Assembly (NCBI GenBank): GCA_031286725.1
Contig: JAITTR010000088.1
Coordinates: 1 to 29,984, forward strand
Origin: Holosporales bacterium
GTDB lineage: Bacteria; Pseudomonadota; Alphaproteobacteria; RUG11792
Length of the DNA: 29,984 nt
Direction: 5' to 3'
Part shown: positions 27,666 through 29,984 of the stretch, in pieces
Layout: the number at the start of each line of letters is the position of its first letter
Numbering within the stretch: the stretch's first letter is position 1
The notes under the pieces: generated by a model
Told to the model about the DNA's origin: nothing
The model's input: the letters and a program-made list of their open reading frames with translations, nothing else
Databases searched by the model: none
Translations under genes and position numbers: made by a program

Positions 27666-28412
27666 TTGATAGACGCAATGTCCTCGTTTGAGGTAAAAAA
27701 TATTGTTCCAATAAATTTTTTAGGGTTTGATATTTCTATTACAAACTCGTCTTTGTTCATGTTGATTGTCGTAGGAATAATCGGAATTGTCTTTTTCTTA
27801 GGAACGTCCGATAAAGGACTAATCCCAAACAAGCTTCAAGCGGCGACAGAAAACGCTTTTTATTTTGTTGGGAATATAGTAAAAACCAGCATTTCCAAAA
27901 AGAGCGTCGAGTTTTTTCCATACGTTATCGCGTTATTTATGTTTATCTTATTCGGCAACGTAATAGGCTTGCTTCCGTTTTCGTTTTCATTTACAAGCCA
28001 AATAATAGTTACGTTTGGGATGGCGTTGATAGTATTTCTGTTGTCGCTTGTTCTTGGGATATGCGCTCAGGGAATAAAGTATTTTAAACGTTTTTGTCCC
28101 GCAGGAATTCCTGAATATCTAATTCCGTTTTTTATCGTAATTGAGTTAATGTCATTTTTGTTTAGGCCGATTAGCTTGGGGATTCGTTTGTTTGCTAATA
28201 TGTTGGCTGGACATGTTATGATAGAGGTAATAGCAAGTTTTGCCGCGTCAATAGCCGGTATTCTAGCGTTATCTTATTTCGCGGCGATACCGATTATTAT
28301 AAACGTGTTATTAAACGCATTTAAGCTTTTGGTCTGCGGATTGCAAGCTTATGTGTTTGTGGTTTTATCTTGCATATATTTGTCGGAGTCTATTGAAACT
28401 CCGGAGCATTAG
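27666..28412 (+). CDS. atpB: F0F1 ATP synthase subunit a
   Basis: DISITNSS, NVIGLLP.SFSFTSQI, IELMS..FRPISLGIRLFANM.AGH (essential Arg), LQAYVF..L.CIYL. The start may be the ATG at 27678. Confidence 0.97.
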   Translation: MIDAMSSFEVKNIVPINFLGFDISITNSSLFMLIVVGIIGIVFFLGTSDKGLIPNKLQAATENAFYFVGNIVKTSISKKSVEFFPYVIALFMFILFGNVIGLLPFSFSFTSQIIVTFGMALIVFLLSLVLGICAQGIKYFKRFCPAGIPEYLIPFFIVIELMSFLFRPISLGIRLFANMLAGHVMIEVIASFAASIAGILALSYFAAIPIIINVLLNAFKLLVCGLQAYVFVVLSCIYLSESIETPEH

Positions 28413-28433
28413 TTGTTTTTAAAGGAGAAAAGA

Positions 28434-28661
28434 ATGGATGTAGGAGCAGCAAAATTAATTGGAGCCGGAATAGCGGTAATAGGTCTTTTTGGCGTTGGAA
28501 TAGGACTTGGAAATTTGTTTTCGTCTTTAATAAAATCAATTGCGAGAAATCCGTCGGCAAAAAACGATTTAATGTCCGCGAATATGTTGTGTTTTGCATT
28601 ATTGGAATCAATCGCTTTATTGGCATTCGTCGTGGCTATGATTATATTATTCGCAAGTTAA
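28434..28661 (+). CDS. atpE: F0F1 ATP synthase subunit c
   Basis: AAKLIGAGIA.IGL.GVGIGLG, IARNP loop, FALLESIAL (carboxylate); AAGGAG SD before the ATG at 28434. Confidence 0.97.
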   Translation: MDVGAAKLIGAGIAVIGLFGVGIGLGNLFSSLIKSIARNPSAKNDLMSANMLCFALLESIALLAFVVAMIILFAS

Positions 28662-28665
28662 TATT

Positions 28666-29109
28666 ATGATGCCTCAGTTAGATTCGTCCTCGTATTGTTC
28701 GCAATTATTCTGGCTATTTATTAGTCTTTCTGTTCTTGTTCTTTTATTTAAAAAATATTTTATACCGAGAATGAACTTGATCATCGAAAAAAGAGACGGA
28801 CATATATCTAAATACAATTCAGAAATAGAAAAATTAGAATGCGACGTGAAAATATTGAGCGAAAATCTTAGAGAAATTCAAAATAACTCTATAATAAAAT
28901 CCGCAGAAATGATACACGCTGCGACAAAAAAGTCTTCGGAGTTTCTTGACGAACAAATAAAAATAATAAAAAAAGAAAACGAAGAATTACTTAACGGAAT
29001 AAAAAAGCGATTAGAAGAAGAAATAAAAAGTTTGGATTCGGCTTTTAAAACTCAAATAGAAATAACGTCTCAAATTATATTTAATAAACTTTTAGAAAGG
29101 AAAATTTAG
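28666..29109 (+). CDS. F0F1 ATP synthase subunit b'
   Basis: MPQLD...Y.SQLFWL is the alphaproteobacterial b' N-terminus, followed by TM plus coiled coil; position after atpE. Confidence 0.9.
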   Translation: MMPQLDSSSYCSQLFWLFISLSVLVLLFKKYFIPRMNLIIEKRDGHISKYNSEIEKLECDVKILSENLREIQNNSIIKSAEMIHAATKKSSEFLDEQIKIIKKENEELLNGIKKRLEEEIKSLDSAFKTQIEITSQIIFNKLLERKI

Positions 29110-29113
29110 GAAT

Positions 29114-29632
29114 ATGTTTGTTACGTCGATTTTTTATGATGTCCATACATATTTAATAATTAGCTTTATCCTTACGATATTCTTAATATTTAAATTTGCC
29201 TGGGGGAAAATTACACAATCTTTGCAAGCAAAAATTGACTCTGTGAGAAGTTTAATAGACAGTTTAGAAAAACAAAAAAAAGACGCAGAGGAGCAAATGG
29301 AAATATTAAAACGAGATCTGGAAGAATATAAGAAAATTGCTGAGACAAGCGTTTTCAATGCTCAAGCCGAGGCAAAAAGAATTTCAGAAAAGTCGTATAT
29401 AATAGTAGAGTCCATAATATCTCAAAAGCAAGAAGAATATAAAGAAGTAATATCAAAAATAAAAGATAGTTTTTCCATTGAATTGCAGAATAGAATTATA
29501 AAATTAATAAAAAAAGAATTGATAAAAAAGATGAAAGAATCAAAAGATGACAGAGAAATACAAAATATTAGCATAAATAATTCAACTAAAATGATTGAGG
29601 ATATTGTTGAAAGATATGCAAATAATTGCTAA
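29114..29632 (+). CDS. atpF: F0F1 ATP synthase subunit b
   Basis: N-terminal TM (ISFILTIFLIFKFAWGKI), long coiled coil, operon position. Confidence 0.85.
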   Translation: MFVTSIFYDVHTYLIISFILTIFLIFKFAWGKITQSLQAKIDSVRSLIDSLEKQKKDAEEQMEILKRDLEEYKKIAETSVFNAQAEAKRISEKSYIIVESIISQKQEEYKEVISKIKDSFSIELQNRIIKLIKKELIKKMKESKDDREIQNISINNSTKMIEDIVERYANNC

Positions 29633-29984
29633 GTTTTTTGGAGTAATTTGGTTAATACTATTATGCCTTTTCCCGGCTAGCTGCGATCAATCCAAGAATG
29701 CGAATGATGTTAGAGGAATATATGTCGGAGCTTCTAATAAAATTTTATCAATGATAGAAATCGCAAAAAAGTTATCGGCAAATGCTATGGTTATAGACAT
29801 TAAAAACGATTTGGGAGAAGTTACCTGCGATTTAGGCGTTGGCTCTCAAAAGAAATATATATCGGATATTAAGGGGGTTATAAAATATTTGAAGGAAAAC
29901 GGAATATACGCGATAGCTCGTATAGTTGCGTTCAAAGATCCTCTCTCCTCCGAAACTATGCCAGATTTAGTTATAAGAAACAAA
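29616..29984 (+). CDS. Putative glycoside hydrolase (DUF4015-like), possibly a lipoprotein; truncated by the window end
   Basis: Read manually: MQIIAKFFGVIWLILLCLFPASCDQS...VRGIYV...NAMVIDIKNDLG...YISDIKGVIKYLKENGIYAIARIVAFKDP. No stop before position 29984; overlaps atpF by 17 nt. Confidence 0.75.
   Translation, partial: MQIIAKFFGVIWLILLCLFPASCDQSKNANDVRGIYVGASNKILSMIEIAKKLSANAMVIDIKNDLGEVTCDLGVGSQKKYISDIKGVIKYLKENGIYAIARIVAFKDPLSSETMPDLVIRNK

Noticed and set aside
28434-28661. Na+-coupled ATP synthase, because subunit c has E-S after the carboxylate
   Set aside because: The helix-1 Gln of the Na+ motif is absent (GIGLG), so the motif is only partial and H+ coupling remains more likely.
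300-29358. Numerous 60-140 aa ORFs in the track overlapping core genes on the opposite strand or frame (e.g. 731-1066, 5717-5998, 21699-22031, 23800-24219, 25377-25562)
   Set aside because: They are shadow ORFs of well-supported genes or run through the hairpin repeat, with no motifs or SD support.

Overview
AT-rich chromosomal window from what looks like a host-associated alphaproteobacterium (Holosporales/Rickettsiales-like; inferred from an Npt/Tlc nucleotide transporter, the alpha-type atpB-E-b'-b block, lpxD/ompH, and long AT-rich intergenic tracts with gene debris). Core genes: npt/tlc, ftsK, ftsZ, a degenerate solo nuoA, grpE, cysS, pgpA, mutL, a DAACS symporter, ompH, lpxD, ruvB, fabF, acpP, eno, F0 ATP synthase genes and a truncated DUF4015-like ORF. 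There are two accessory patches. The first (about 1.7-4.75 kb) has an M.HhaI-like C5 methyltransferase plus Vsr with no restriction enzyme, IS1016- and IS481-like remnants and a decaying cluster of tiny lipoprotein/membrane ORFs. The second (about 15.1-18.2 kb) has a GC-rich inverted repeat, an IS200/IS605 tnpA remnant and an intact two-gene 3-TM protein plus ThsB-like TIR module, a candidate non-canonical Thoeris-like defence system. The other main signal is a dispersed repeat family. Its double-hairpin core carries TTGACA...TGGTA(T/A)AAT (copies at 9.26, 21.48, 23.30 and 25.42 kb). In two copies the core is the 3' end of a 330-395 bp unit that keeps an SD-preceded small ORF (MLFNTNKF...PYPP*) facing an antisense promoter-like motif. 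A third partial unit lies at the window's left edge. No rRNA, tRNA or CRISPR array was seen. All family assignments are by eye from remembered motifs; no database search was run.
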